Source: Tricharina praecox
Taxonomy: Eukaryota
DNA length: 31,454 nt
Assembly: GCF_024521635.1 (NCBI RefSeq)
Contig: NW_026250411.1
Coordinates: 1,240,001 to 1,271,454 of the forward strand
Direction: 5' to 3'
Of this stretch, positions 1-11,712 are shown in pieces. Position 1 is the first letter of the stretch, and each line of letters starts with the position of its first letter. The notes beneath the pieces are model-generated. The model made no database searches and had not been told where the DNA came from. It saw nothing but the letters and a program-made list of their open reading frames with translations. Made by a program: the position numbers and the translations under genes.

Positions 1-283
1 GATGTAAGTGCTACATATATGGCAGGGTCCAAGGATCAGCGACGATTCAACGGCAGAGCGATAACTGACTTGCTACTGCTATGATGGGCTGTCCAGGCGA
101 TCACGGGTTGCATCGTGTTTGCCCATCCGTCAGTCATGCAGTGGTTGCCCTTCCCCCTTCCCCCTTCCCCCTTCCCCTCACCCCACCTCCCCAGCCCCTC
201 CCAACCACAACCCCACGACGACTCCCAACATCCTCGCGACTCTGTCCATACCCCGCATCGTCCGGAGCGACAATCACGTCCAA

Positions 284-521
284 CAATGCGAACGGAAACT
301 GCCAGTCACCCTCCACCAATGCGAACGGAAACTGCCAGTCACCGTCCACCGAAGCGAGGCGAACGGAGCCAAACAGAACAACCGAATGCCAGTCACGGTC
401 CAACAGAGCCAACAGAACCGAACCGAACAACCGACTTCCACTCACGGACCACCGAGGCGAAACTCAACAGCCGACTGCCAGTCACGGTCCAACGATGCAA
501 ACAGAGCAACGACTGCCAGTC
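284..521 (+). repeat. Degenerate repeat cluster built on ACTGCCAGTCAC
   Basis: 33-bp tandem pair CAATGCGAACGGAAACTGCCAGTCACC (284, 317) plus further TGCCAGTC copies near 387, 476 and 514. Confidence 0.8.
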
Positions 522-1381
522 CCGCGTCGCCATCCACTGCGCCCCTCGCGTCCAACCGCAGCATTCGCATTGAAAAGCAACCGCCGTTCGACTCACCTCC
601 GCTCCGCTAGGCACCCATGGGCCACTCATAGGTGTCGGCGCACTTGAGTCTGCGCTTGACGACGCCGACGTCTGCGGTCGGGAACCAAACATCGACCAGA
701 ACGATAGCTTCACACGACCATACCGACGCTCACCCCGCCCCACTACATGTCGTCATCATCATCGTCGTCATCATCATCATAATCCGTCGTCGTCGTCTCG
801 TGCCGCCTACTTCCGTTCGCTCTCGCCGTTCCTTCCCCCTCAACCCCGCCTCACCCCCCCCCCAAACCCCGCTTCCACGCTCACGTATCTACACGTCCCA
901 TACAGAAAGCTGCCGAACATCTCATTCAGAACCGTCAAAGCACAATTGAATTGGTGTCGTCGGCCCCCGGAGACCCCGTACCCTACGTCAGTACGCCGGT
1001 GCTCCGTGGAGTGAGCCTCACCCCGCCCCGCCGAGACTGCGATGTTGTATACCTAGTAGTATTGGTCATTCGCGCGCCAAGTGCGCAAGGCCCGAGGTAT
1101 GTAGGTATCGATCTGCTGGTACGGAGTAAGCGGGGGCAATCGATTGAATGGAATGTGATCGTGGTGGTGGTGTGCGCTGTCACGTCTTCTTCCGGCTCGG
1201 GAAGGCCGCAGAAGAAGAAGAAGAAGAAAAGAAAAAAAACGCCCCCATCATGCTGCCATGGCCGCCGAAGTGAAGCGAAGGGTCTTTGCCGTCCATCGCT
1301 GTCGCTGTCGCCGGTCGGGCCCGCGAATAGTTGCGGTTCCAAAGCTTCAGTGGGTACTGGGGTGGCATTGGCTACCAGTAA

Positions 1382-1406
1382 TCTCTCTCTCTCTCTCTCT
1401 CTCTCT
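1382..1406 (+). repeat. (CT)n microsatellite
   Basis: Direct observation. Confidence 0.9.
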
Positions 1407-2726
1407 TGAAAGAAAGAAAGAATGGAAAAAAGAAGTTGCACTTTTTTTTTGTGGTCGCACGATTGGCTCGATCGTGCGAAGGCGTGCGGTGCGGCACCCT
1501 GCAACTGCACTGCACGCCCGTCCGCCGCCTGCCCGCCCGCCACGGACCGGCTCGTCGTCGCTGTCCGGCTGCAAGCGGGATACGGGATACGGGATACGGG
1601 ATGCAAGACGCGGACGGCCCACGGGGACGCGTCGTTGCGTGCTCCAATCGTGCGTGCCACTGGTCAATGCCGAGCTCCTCCAATGCCTCGCCCCTGAGCT
1701 CCTCCACTCCACCTCCGCCGCCGCCGCCGCCGCCTCCTCCACCACCGCCTCATCCGCCTCCACGTACAGTAGAATGCCCTCTCCAAAACGGAGATTGCCG
1801 CACATTAGGGCGCCTCACATATATGCGGCCGTCGGCCGTTGCTATGTATACTACGTATACTAGTGGTTGCTATAGTTAGTAGGCAGTGGGCACAGCGGCG
1901 TCGGCGGAACACCGCAACGGTATTCTGGATCATCTGTGGCGCTACCTTATGTACATCCTGGACTCTCGGAGGCGGACAGCTCGGTGATCGTTAGAAGGTG
2001 CCTAGCACAGGTACAGGTATCTACACAGGTACCTACATACGACCTCTAGAGCTCAGAGGACTCACGAGGGGGCTCGGTAGAAGGTCGTCGGACGCTTTGT
2101 GGATGCCTCGGACGACCGTTAGGTCCATGGAGATATGTAGATGCGGTATGATTCGGAATACAGATCAATACGAGCGGAACTAGAGTAGGATTCTTGTCCG
2201 TCTCCTTGACGGCCCCTGACGTACCGAGACCACGCAACGAAAGCCGCGATACCTACTTACTCTACCGACATCCAGCGACCGGCCGACAGCCGTGCCGTCT
2301 TCCGCACGACACGAATCACGATACGGAATATCGTAGCGATCGGATGCCGCCGTTGCTGTCGTATTCACACAAGGCGGTGGGGGGAGGGGGGGAGTGTGGT
2401 GTGTGGTGTGTGGTGTGGCAACAGATTCAGATCCGGGATGCTGCATTTAGAGTGCTCTCCATCCATCCTCCATCCTCCTCCTCCATCCTCTATTCCATCA
2501 GCATCCAGTCGGGATGAAGGATTTGCATTGGAGCTTTTTGAGTGGAGTGGAAGGAGTGGAGCGCACTGGTTGGTTTTGCCTGATGTGGACGGGACCGGGC
2601 GCGCACCTACACACCTACACACTTACACACTTCGTTCGCCTGGCGCACCGCAACTGCAAGTCTGCAACTGCCGGCGGCCTGGCCTGGCGCCGTCCGCTGG
2701 TGGTTCGCATTTCGGCTGGGGAGTTT

Positions 2727-2853
2727 TGGTTGGTTGGGTTGGGCGAGTTGGTTGGGTTGGGTTGGTTGGGTTGGTTGGGTTGGTTGGGTTGGTTGGGTTG
2801 GGCGACTGGGGACCGGGGTTGGTTGGTTGGTTGGCTGGCTGGTTGGTTGGTTG
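2727..2853 (+). repeat. G/T-rich microsatellite (GGTT/GGGTT)n
   Basis: Tandem TTGG/TTGGG units. Confidence 0.9.
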
Positions 2854-3151
2854 CTGGTAGGCTAACTTGGACGATACATAGAACCGTCGGCCAGGCCAGG
2901 CCAGGCCAGATCGCAGTAGATACTTAGATGAAAAAACTGAAGTGCTAACTGGGTAGCTAACTGGCCCGGGTATAACTACAGACCTGCATAGCTAGGAAGT
3001 AGAGTGCATCTACATCTACCGGGCGCGGCGGGTGTATGTGTGTGTAGATATGTACACACCGTATCTACCCTTCGTATGTGATGTATGTACGAGTATGTAC
3101 CATGATGTAGTTTCGTTCGCATCCTCGAGATACGAAGGACGGCGGACGGCG

Positions 3152-3326
3152 GACGGCGTCATGACTATCGCGAAAGAGACGGTGTCATTACGGACGGCGT
3201 CATGACTATCGCGAAAGGGACGGTGTCATTACGGACGGCGTCATGACTATCGCGAAAGGGACGGTGTCATTACCGACGGCGTCATGACTATCGCGAAAGG
3301 GACGGTGTCATTACCGACGGCGTCAT
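3152..3326 (+). repeat. 41-bp minisatellite, 4.3 copies
   Basis: Unit GACGGCGTCATGACTATCGCGAAAGGGACGGTGTCATTACS, near-perfect, with no unique spacers. Confidence 0.95.
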
Positions 3327-4202
3327 ATCGTGGCCGGCTCCAGCCCTCCAGGTGCGTGGTATGTACAATACTATACGTCGAGTGCCTGGCCAAGTACTCT
3401 AGAGTGTCTAGATAGCCTATCTGCAAACCGGACTCGAGCAGATACCATACAAGTACTTTGGGGCGCGAAGGAAGAGGCAGCTTGGCGTCACCGGTGAGCA
3501 CCGGAGAGAGGAGACCTTATTGAGACCAGCTGGGACCTGACGCACACCCGATGCGGTCATTGAACGTTGAACTGTTTCTGTTGTCACTAGGATAGTACTT
3601 CTGTCTTCGGTCGGTCTCTGGTCCTCATCAAATCATCAAATCACCATCATGCATCTCTTTTCAATTGATCACGTTACTATCCCTCGCCGTCACCCGTTTT
3701 CGGTTCTTCAGTACTCGAGTTACGAGTTACATGCGAGTGGATGCCACACCCCCCTCCCTTCTCTTTTTATCTTTTCCCCCTCCCCCCTCCACGCCGCCCC
3801 CAACCACCCCGGCGCTATCCCCGGCCCCAGCCCCTGCCATGTCCGAGCTACTCTACGAGGGAACCACCAGGATCTTCAGAGCTGACGACATAGTGGTTCG
3901 CCAGCAGAGTTTGGTTTCGGGGGTTGTTGCTGGGGGGCCAAGTGAGCACAAGGTGGCGGCTGGCTGGCGAACGCACACGCACAAGCACGGGCACGGGCTT
4001 GATTGCCGAGCGTTGCTCGAATGGGGGTGGGAGGGGGGGTGGGAGGGGCGCACCAACTGCAGAAGCAGCAAGCTGAATGCAGGAAAGAGAGAGAGATAAC
4101 TGCATGAAACAAATGGCAAGATACAGATACTCTACAGATCATACAGATGCGGTAGAGATGCGGCAAAGGCAAGATGGAGATGGGGAAACGAGCGCTTTTG
4201 AC

Positions 4203-4309
4203 TGCTCGTTTGAGTGAGTGCTCGTTTGAGTGAGTGCTCGTTTGAGTGAGTGCTCGTTTGAGTGAGTGCTCGTTTGAGTGAGTGCTCGTTTGAGTGAGTG
4301 CTCGTTTGA
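4203..4309 (+). repeat. 16-bp minisatellite (TGCTCGTTTGAGTGAG), ~6.7 copies
   Basis: Perfect tandem copies. Confidence 0.95.
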
Positions 4310-5159
4310 TTGCGAGGTTGTGCGCAGCATGTTGTACATAGGTATTGGACATATTGCGGGAGTAGGCAGTATGGCTGGCTGTGACTGCGCGGCTGGCTTT
4401 GCCGCTTTCGTGCGGAGTGCAGAGTGCGGCGTGCTCGAGTGCGCACAGTGAAGGATCTTCAGGGTGAGTGTGGAGGTGAGGACTCAGCTACCAAGGTGGT
4501 GATGCCCACCGAATGTATCCACATCGCAGCTGCAGCAGACGTAGGCAACCGATTCCCGTCCTTCCTGTCATCCCTTCGGACGATTGCTACCCGGTAACTG
4601 TGCGTCATCGCGCTGGACGAGGAAATCCTTCCTACTCGCCATCATCCGCACGAGGACCACCATCCCCCCCGCGGTCGCTTTCGAATCCGAGCCTCCGACT
4701 CACTGCAACACCGACATCCATCCGACGTCTTGGGGTGACAGCGTGGGGCCCCGCTGCCCGCTTCCCGAAATACTCGGGCAGTGCGAAGGCTGTGCAATAG
4801 GTACATAAGAAGGTACCATATGCATCACTCGGCATCGCGGCGGAAAGCCTTCGACCGCTTGCTTCCTCTCGGCCATCCTTCCTTGAAGCTTATTCCTACC
4901 TTCCTTCAACTCGGCCACCTGTCCTTCGACTCTTTGGGTCGCCGTAGATGTCATTCAGCTGTGGCCAAGCCCTTCGCCCCTCCACCCTACATACATACGG
5001 GATGTGTTCGAAGCTGGGATACCCATCCGGCAAAAGGGCAAAAGGGAGAATAGCGACGGTGGATTATACATTTCGGTGGCCAACACTCCGGTTAGTTCTC
5101 GGTGTCATGGATGTTATGGATGTTCGCAATCACGCACACACTCGTGCTCGCAAAGCAAA

Positions 5160-5266
5160 AGGAAGAAGAAGAAAAAAGAAAAGGGAAAAGAAAGAAAAGG
5201 GAAAAGAAAGAAAAGGGAAAAGAAAGAAAAGGGAAAAGAAAGAAAAGGGAAAAGAAAGAAAAGGGA
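5160..5266 (+). repeat. Polypurine 16-bp minisatellite (AAAGAAAAGGGAAAAG)n
   Basis: About 5.5 tandem copies in a ~105-bp pure purine run. Confidence 0.9.
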
Positions 5267-5749
5267 TGTAATTTCAAGGAATATCTAAAGCGGAAAGCAA
5301 GATGAGGCGCTCGATGTGGTAAGCTGTGGGGGGTACTTCCTCTACTTTACTTGCCTATAGCTATGATGCAGTACTTGGTTACGGTATCTCATCGCCGTTG
5401 CATCTGCGCATCACCAAGTACCATAGGCAAGATGTAGGCAAGCACTCGCCCATCAAACTTTGTTTTTTCTTCTTCTCTGCTTCGTCTTCATTATTCTTTT
5501 TCACGACCTTTCTGTCTCTCGCCTTGCACAACCCACAACCAACCTCGACTCTCGAAGATGATCTTCATGGACTTGATATTATTATCCCCCCACCACCCAC
5601 CCGCCTGTCGCGACGGATTAATCGGTTCGGGTTCATGGATGCGGTGGTCCGGTGGCGCGGTGTTTAGAGTTCCGTGCGCTCATTGACGCTCGTCGTCGTC
5701 GATAGTGTGCGCCGTGTGACGAGTCTACGACGGCCGGCCGTGTAACCAC

Positions 5750-5798
5750 GGGGGTAATGGCGGGGGGTAATGGCGGGGGGTAATGGCGGGGGGTAATA
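5750..5798 (+). repeat. 14-bp G-rich tandem (GGGGGGTAATGGC-like) x~3.5
   Basis: Four long G-runs separated by TAATGGC. Confidence 0.8.
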
Positions 5799-8681
5799 TC
5801 GGCTTCATGGGGTATCACTCTCGTGCGTGGGCTGGCTGCGGAGTTGGACTGGACAATGGGGACTGCATTCGATGGGATGATGGGATGATGGGGATTAAAG
5901 AGATTAGAAGATGGGAATTCGCTTCGAATGCCCGTTACGGTATGATACCATATGAGGAGGCGTTACAGTACCCACTGGTAGACTACCCGTACCCGTCCCC
6001 GTCCCATCTCTATCGACGCCGACACATTTCAAGGCTCGAGCTTGACACTTCCGGGCTGTGTATGTATGAAATATCAAGAGATGATGTGCACTTCTAGTAG
6101 TGAACGTATGCTCCGTCGATACCGCGCATCCGCCCGCCTGACCGTCCGATGTCCATCACTGCAGTCTGTCCTAGCTCGGCGCATACTCCTTGCTGCCATC
6201 TTGCAGGTTTAGATAGATTCTTAGCTTGGGCTTGGTGAAGGCTGATGTCTTTTCTTTTTTTCTTTTTCCTCTTTGTTCTTTCTTTTTTTCTTTTTCCTCT
6301 GTTCTTTCTTTTTTTTTTCTTTTCACGATTCATCATGCCGGGTCAGGTCATGACAGTTCATGACAGTTCAGAAATGTACAAGTACAAAGTCCGCTTCTTG
6401 AAGGCTGGCCCCACTAATACCAGAGTAGTTTAGGTACCAAGTAGGTAACGTAGGTATTCGGCCCAGCGGTGTTTCTCCTCCCATAATCATCATCCGCCAT
6501 CATCCGCCGGCGTAGGTGTTGGAAGGACTCGTGGAGGTGATTCACCGGAACGCCCGAGATGGCGAGAAGTGAAGTGGTATGTTCGGGTCTAGGAGCTACC
6601 AGTACAGGAGAGAGAGAGAGAAAGAAAGCCAAACTTGAACCCGCTACCGCACCGCATACCTATTCCAAGTACCCACCACCGGTCCTCCGAGCGGCTAGTG
6701 GACTACTCACAGAAAAACATTCGTTCCCACAGTAGGTGGAATGGCACCGGAATGGCAGCAGATTGGCAACCCGAAGCGCACTGCTGTCTTCTCTTCCCGA
6801 TCCCGTACCTGTCATCAACCTCGAACCGTCCTCCAACCGTCCTCCTTGCGTAAGTACACACAGTCCAGCCGCCACCCACGCTTCCTAACTAGTCCAGTTC
6901 AGCCTGAAATTCTCCAACCAACCAACCAACCGCACACATACCCATCTACCCATCTATGTACCTATCCGTCCCGACCCGACCGATCCGCTATAGTTAGACT
7001 ATAGCAGAGTACCCGGTAGAGTACCGTAATCGGTCTTCCGCCAGACGTCGACCCACTTCCCGCAGCGCTCGCGAAACCGCACGACACCGCACGACACCGC
7101 GGGCGCGCCCCACCATAAGGCGTCGCTAGCGCGGTTGCCGAGCTTCTCGACGTACCTCGAACTAGAGACTACCTATGATATGTAGTGGAGTGATATGCAC
7201 CAATGTATGCACCAATGTATGCACCAATGAGCGCGAGCGCCCCGGGACGTCCGGAGCTGGCTGCTGGTATGCACTGGTACCTAGGGCGGGGTCGCCGGAA
7301 ATTTGGAGGCTTGTTTTTGGGTTTTTCTTTTCCGAGAATTATACTTGTGGGAGGCAGTGACGGCGCTTGAAGCCTCCATTCGAATTTGAAAATGGTGCCG
7401 CGCGCTGAGGGGGCGAGTGATGGTCTGTGATATAATTCAAGATATCATTCCAAGCTACTTTTTCACTGGTGTAATGGCGATCCGTACTGTCCGGACTCCG
7501 ATGGAGCACTCGTGATCAAACCCTACGGTATTTCAAGTGATTTGCCGCGTGCAGGATGATCATTAGTAGCAGGTAAGTTATACTTCATCACAACTCACGC
7601 CTGCTATCCTATTCGTCCACCGCCCATGTCTACGAGATGTCCTTCGCGGAATTCCAAGCGGGCTTGGAATTTGGCGCCTACGTACATAAGATCAGTTTGT
7701 GCGCGGTACGGTAAACGGGTGTCCTCACACCGACTTTCAAGTTCCGCCTGCCTCCAGCCTCAAAGTACATATAAAAAAGACGTTCTTCTTCTTCCACTAC
7801 TCCTATTGCATTTCCACTGTCCAAGAACGTAGTATATTGCATTCAAAAACAAAACTATATGTAACTAGAGAAGCGATCACTGATCAGTGATCAGTGATCG
7901 CCAGTGCCCAAGAGCCGAGAGCCGAGAGCCGACGACTTCCTGCCACCTGCGCCGAATCAGGATTTAGGTATGGTTAGTTGCCGCCCAGTGAAAATAACCT
8001 CCGCGGCCCACGGAGATCGGCAATTTTAGAGTAGAGTACGTAGGGGCGGAAGACTTTGGAAGTTCATGCCTTGACCGCCACCACCACCGCTGCCATCATC
8101 GCCATCACCACAACCACATCTCCGGAACAGGATTACCGTAACTTGCGACCAATCGAGTGACGAATCAGGTCGCAAAGGACAGTCCTGCTCTCGGGGTAAC
8201 GATTCTCCTTCAAAGTTCAAGCATGCAGGCTGTTTCTGTTAATAGGTACCTATGTAGGTACTATACATATATACAGCTCGGCAGACCCGAGATACCGTAC
8301 CTATTTCGAATTTAGGGTTTACATACGTAGAGCGGGGGAACACGGGCGTCGGACATGACAAGTTTGGCGGCTGTCACGGCAGCTCACTACTAGTTACAAC
8401 GCTCTGCGCTCACTCTACCCTTGTAAAAAAAAGGGGGGGTTTTTTAAATAGTGGAGCGACTGTTGTGCCATTATTGTTTTTTCAAACCCGTAGGAAAAGT
8501 AAATACCACATCGTGATAGTTGAGAATTATACACATGTCAAATTATTGACCTATAGAAGCCACTCAAAACATTGCACATTCTGTGCTGGATTTACAAACG
8601 TGTTGCAAGTTTTTAACGGAGGGAGTGGATATACAGTTCACAGGCTTTTCCCGTGAAAATTGGAAGCCGTAGTACAAGTGG

Positions 8682-8854
8682 TGTCACGATGACGGAGTCT
8701 CGTAGACGGGAACGTAGTTTACGAAGAGAATGATAGTGATCTAGCTAGCTACAGGGAGAGACCATATACCGTAGCTAGCTACGCTGAGTAAACATACCGA
8801 GTGATCTCTCATGCTCCACGGAAACCCGCACCCTCTATAGGGGTTTGGGTGACA
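8682..8854 (+). mobile_element. 173-bp solo-LTR-like element, copy 1 (strand arbitrary)
   Basis: TGTCAC...GTGACA termini. Six mismatches to the reverse complement of 9641-9813. Confidence 0.8.
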
Positions 8855-9159
8855 GCCTCTTCTTCTTCTTCTTCTTCTTCTCCCACCACTCCTCTTCCCC
8901 CCGTAACTCCTTCCCCCCGCAACTGCTATTCCCTCCCCCACCAGTTCCCACTCCCACCTGTTCCCACTCCCACCGCAACTGCTATTCCCCCTTCTACCGC
9001 AACTCCTCCCCCCCGCTACTCCTCCCCTGCCGCATCTACTCCCTCGCCGCAACTCCCCCCCTCGCCGCAATTACTACTCTCACCGTAGCTCCTCATAATA
9101 GCTCATGTTTCTTATAGGTAGCTCACCTCGCAGTAGAGTAATGCTTGTCTGGCCGCCGT

Positions 9160-9303
9160 GGATACTGGATACTGGACACTGGACACTGGACACTGGATAC
9201 TGGACACTGGACACTGGACACTGGACACTGGACACTGGACACTGGATACTGGACACTGGATACTGGATACTGGATACTGGATACTGGATACTGGATACTG
9301 GAT
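9160..9303 (+). repeat. Heptamer minisatellite (CTGGAYA)n, ~20 copies
   Basis: Interspersed CTGGATA and CTGGACA units. Confidence 0.95.
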
Positions 9304-9640
9304 GCTGGCCGCCATGGATGCTGGCCGCTGGCCCCGTAGGTAGTACTAGTACATAGAATAGAAATCCATTTAGGTGCTCAATGCTTCAAGACCAATGTGA
9401 AAAATGCTGCATAAGCGAGAAAACCCGAGCCCAGTTTCACACGTTGCACTCCTGCTCCCATGTTTTAACAGTTCAAGAATGGTTCAAGAATGCCAAGAAA
9501 AAGATGCTGCAACGTTTCAATGCACTTAAACGCTTTCTTTTAACTACATAGGAGATATTTACAACAAATTGAAAAAAAATCGAAGTTGTTCTTTAAATAT
9601 GTCGAGTTGCGGGCCATTTAACTCTATAATCGGGATCACT

Positions 9641-9813
9641 TGTCACCCAAACCCCTATAGAGAGTGCGGGTTTCCGTGGAGCATGAGAGATCACTCGGTA
9701 TGTTTACTCAGCGTAGCTAGCTACAGTATATAGTCTCTCCCTGTAGCTAGCTACATCACTATCATTCTCTTCATACACTACGTTCCCGTCTACGAGACTC
9801 CGTCATCGTGACA
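9641..9813 (-). mobile_element. 173-bp solo-LTR-like element, copy 2, inverted relative to copy 1
   Basis: TGTCAC...GTGACA termini, ~96.5% identical to 8682-8854 in opposite orientation. Confidence 0.8.
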
Positions 9814-10304
9814 GCGGCAGATGGCTAAGAGAGCATACGACCCCGCCATGCCTGCCATGCCCGCCAACGTTGGTGCGCTCTACTAACCACATTCGTCTTC
9901 TCCCGCCGACAGGAGTCCTCCTTCACTTCCTCCTCTTGCCGGTACCTCCTCCCACAGCTCCTCCACACCAACAGGAGATAGGATCGCTGAGTAGGAAGGT
10001 GTGAGTATCTATATCGGCATTCAACTTCATCAAAACAGCCGGCTTGTGACGATAGCTTCATGTAAGATGTAGAGGTTCGCGAGGAGTATTTGCAGCAAAA
10101 GAGATGAGATGGCGATTGCGATGCTCCGGCTCAGCAGTTAAGCTAGCTTTGCCTACAAATCAGGCTGTCTTCAATCTAAGTTTTTTCCAGTAGCACGGTT
10201 ACATCCAAGCCACCTGCAGTAACGCTATTCCCCACCAGCCGTCTTACTGTAGCAAGATAAAATCCTATATTTTTGTTACTGTAAGTCATTCCTGGTGTCA
10301 TCTT

Positions 10305-10450
10305 GTGAATTGACTCAGTAATTACCAGAGTCATCTCGCCGATTGACTCAATCATTCCTGTTCGATGACTAGTCATTGCAGGAATTGACTAAGTCATTCC
10401 TTGAGTCATTTCACGGATTGACTCAGTCATTCCTGTTGGATGACTTAAGT
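10305..10450. repeat. Two ~75-bp degenerate tandem units rich in TGACTCA/TGAGTCA motifs
   Basis: GAATTGACT at 10307 and 10382, and GATTGACTCARTCATTCCTGTT at 10341 and 10416. Confidence 0.8.
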
Positions 10451-11094
10451 CCTTTTTCATCCCCACCCCCACCAAACTCCCATTACACCCTCCTGTGGCA
10501 GCTCCCATCGCTCCCCCACACCGGAAAACAGGAGAAAAATGCCAAGACAACGTTTAAATTGTCGAAACGTGACGACAACGATAGAAAAATGCCAAGAAAA
10601 CGCTTAAGTGAGCACCAACGATATATCTCGAACTTGTGTTTTTATATTTCCACCAGTTCCTGTTTACTTAAGCGTTAGATCAACGTATGAAAATTCACAC
10701 ATTGTCTGGCTTTTTGCTGAGTTTACAATTTAAAATGGGTGTATTGTCTATCATTATATTATTTCCGCATCGTTCTACGTGGCTCACGTTATTCTAGATG
10801 CAATAGTTGCGGAATAGTTGCGCAATACCGCGGGGCCGCTTGTGAAATCTAATGATCGCGCAATCATTTCCCAGCCCACCGCTCACGTTTATAAAACCCC
10901 CCTTTTTTTACAAGGGTAGTTACCTAGTATATACCTAGTATCTACAGTGCCTACACAGGCGATTAATTCACCGGATATATACGTGATCCTCGTTGACGTG
11001 CTGTAGGCCCGCAGGACCGTAGCTTCAAACACGTACGTACGTATGTGCCTACACGTCTTTTGCAGGAAACGTTGAAGCGGAGAAGAGGAGAAAT

Positions 11095-11097
<3 letters not shown>

Positions 11098-11128
<31 letters not shown>
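11098..11128 (+). repeat. (GA)n microsatellite
   Basis: Direct observation. Confidence 0.9.
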
Positions 11129-11131
<3 letters not shown>

Positions 11132-11667
11132 CGAGTGCGCTTAGAGTTGAAACGCTGGTGGGAGCTTTTCGGCGGTACCGAAGCGCCAGGGGTGGGGGAA
11201 TGGTGGGGGAATGGTGCGGTTCGAGGATCGGAAGGGAACGATGGAAGGCAGCACACTATGTAGGTATGTACAGCAGGTGCCGTTCGGAGGTACCGAATCG
11301 CTTTCTTTCAGGGACAGGTCCGTATTGTGGTCGAGGTCTAGGTTCGACCGTGTGTAGGTACTCTATACCCAGTATGCAGGTTGGGTACCCAGGTATGCAC
11401 GAAGGTATGAATATCTCCATCAGATTTTGCTCACGAAGAGTGTCTGGTGATAATAATTATAATTACGATGATGATGGCGATGCACTCCGCTTGCTCAGCA
11501 TCTCACGAGTGTGCCCTTCGTAGCCCCCACGTATGTACCTAGATATGCAAGGCCTTTTACACTACCGGTAAAGCGACCGTATCGCAGTTTACTCTACCAG
11601 ATGCTCAATCAACGAGCTGCGAGCATGCGGGCGCAACGCAAAGTCAGCGAGACCTTCACCGGAACTG

Positions 11668-11712
11668 ATGGTGGTGGTGGTGGTGGTGGTGGTGGTGGTG
11701 GTGGTGGTGGTG
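11668..11712 (+). repeat. (GGT)n microsatellite, ~14 copies
   Basis: Direct observation. Confidence 0.92.

Larger units (their letters stand above)
8418..10916. mobile_element. Non-autonomous TIR DNA transposon-like element (~2.5 kb) with TA flanks
   Basis: Left end TA|CCCTTGTAAAAAAAAGGGGGGGTTTTTTAAA and right end TTTATAAAACCCCCCTTTTTTTACAAGGG|TA are ~30-bp inverted repeats. AT-rich subterminal arms contrast with the flanks. No transposase ORF seen. Confidence 0.72.

Noticed and set aside
2727..2853. Interstitial telomeric sequence
   Set aside because: Units are TTGG/TTGGG with no TTAGGG, so it is an ordinary microsatellite.
81..2927. Numerous overlapping 100-225 aa ORFs
   Set aside because: Open frames arise from GC-rich and simple-repeat DNA, with no recognisable domains or codon bias.
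3152..3326. CRISPR-like array (41-bp repeats with internal palindromes GTCATGAC and TCGCGA)
   Set aside because: Units are contiguous with no unique spacers, the context is eukaryotic and there are no cas genes. It is a minisatellite.
4700..4954. Coiled-coil-like minus-strand ORF (RVEGQVAELKEGRNKLQGRMAE)
   Set aside because: Short, no recognisable family and no consistent gene model could be built.
8372..8398. 27-bp TGTCACGGC...GTTACA resembling fused ends of the 486-bp LTR
   Set aside because: Too short and no TSD, so a chance match cannot be excluded.
8682..9813. Single foldback/Mutator-like element with 173-bp TIRs
   Set aside because: No outer TSD. Each arm has its own TG..CA termini, and the swapped 5-bp flanks fit two LTR insertions plus an inversion better.
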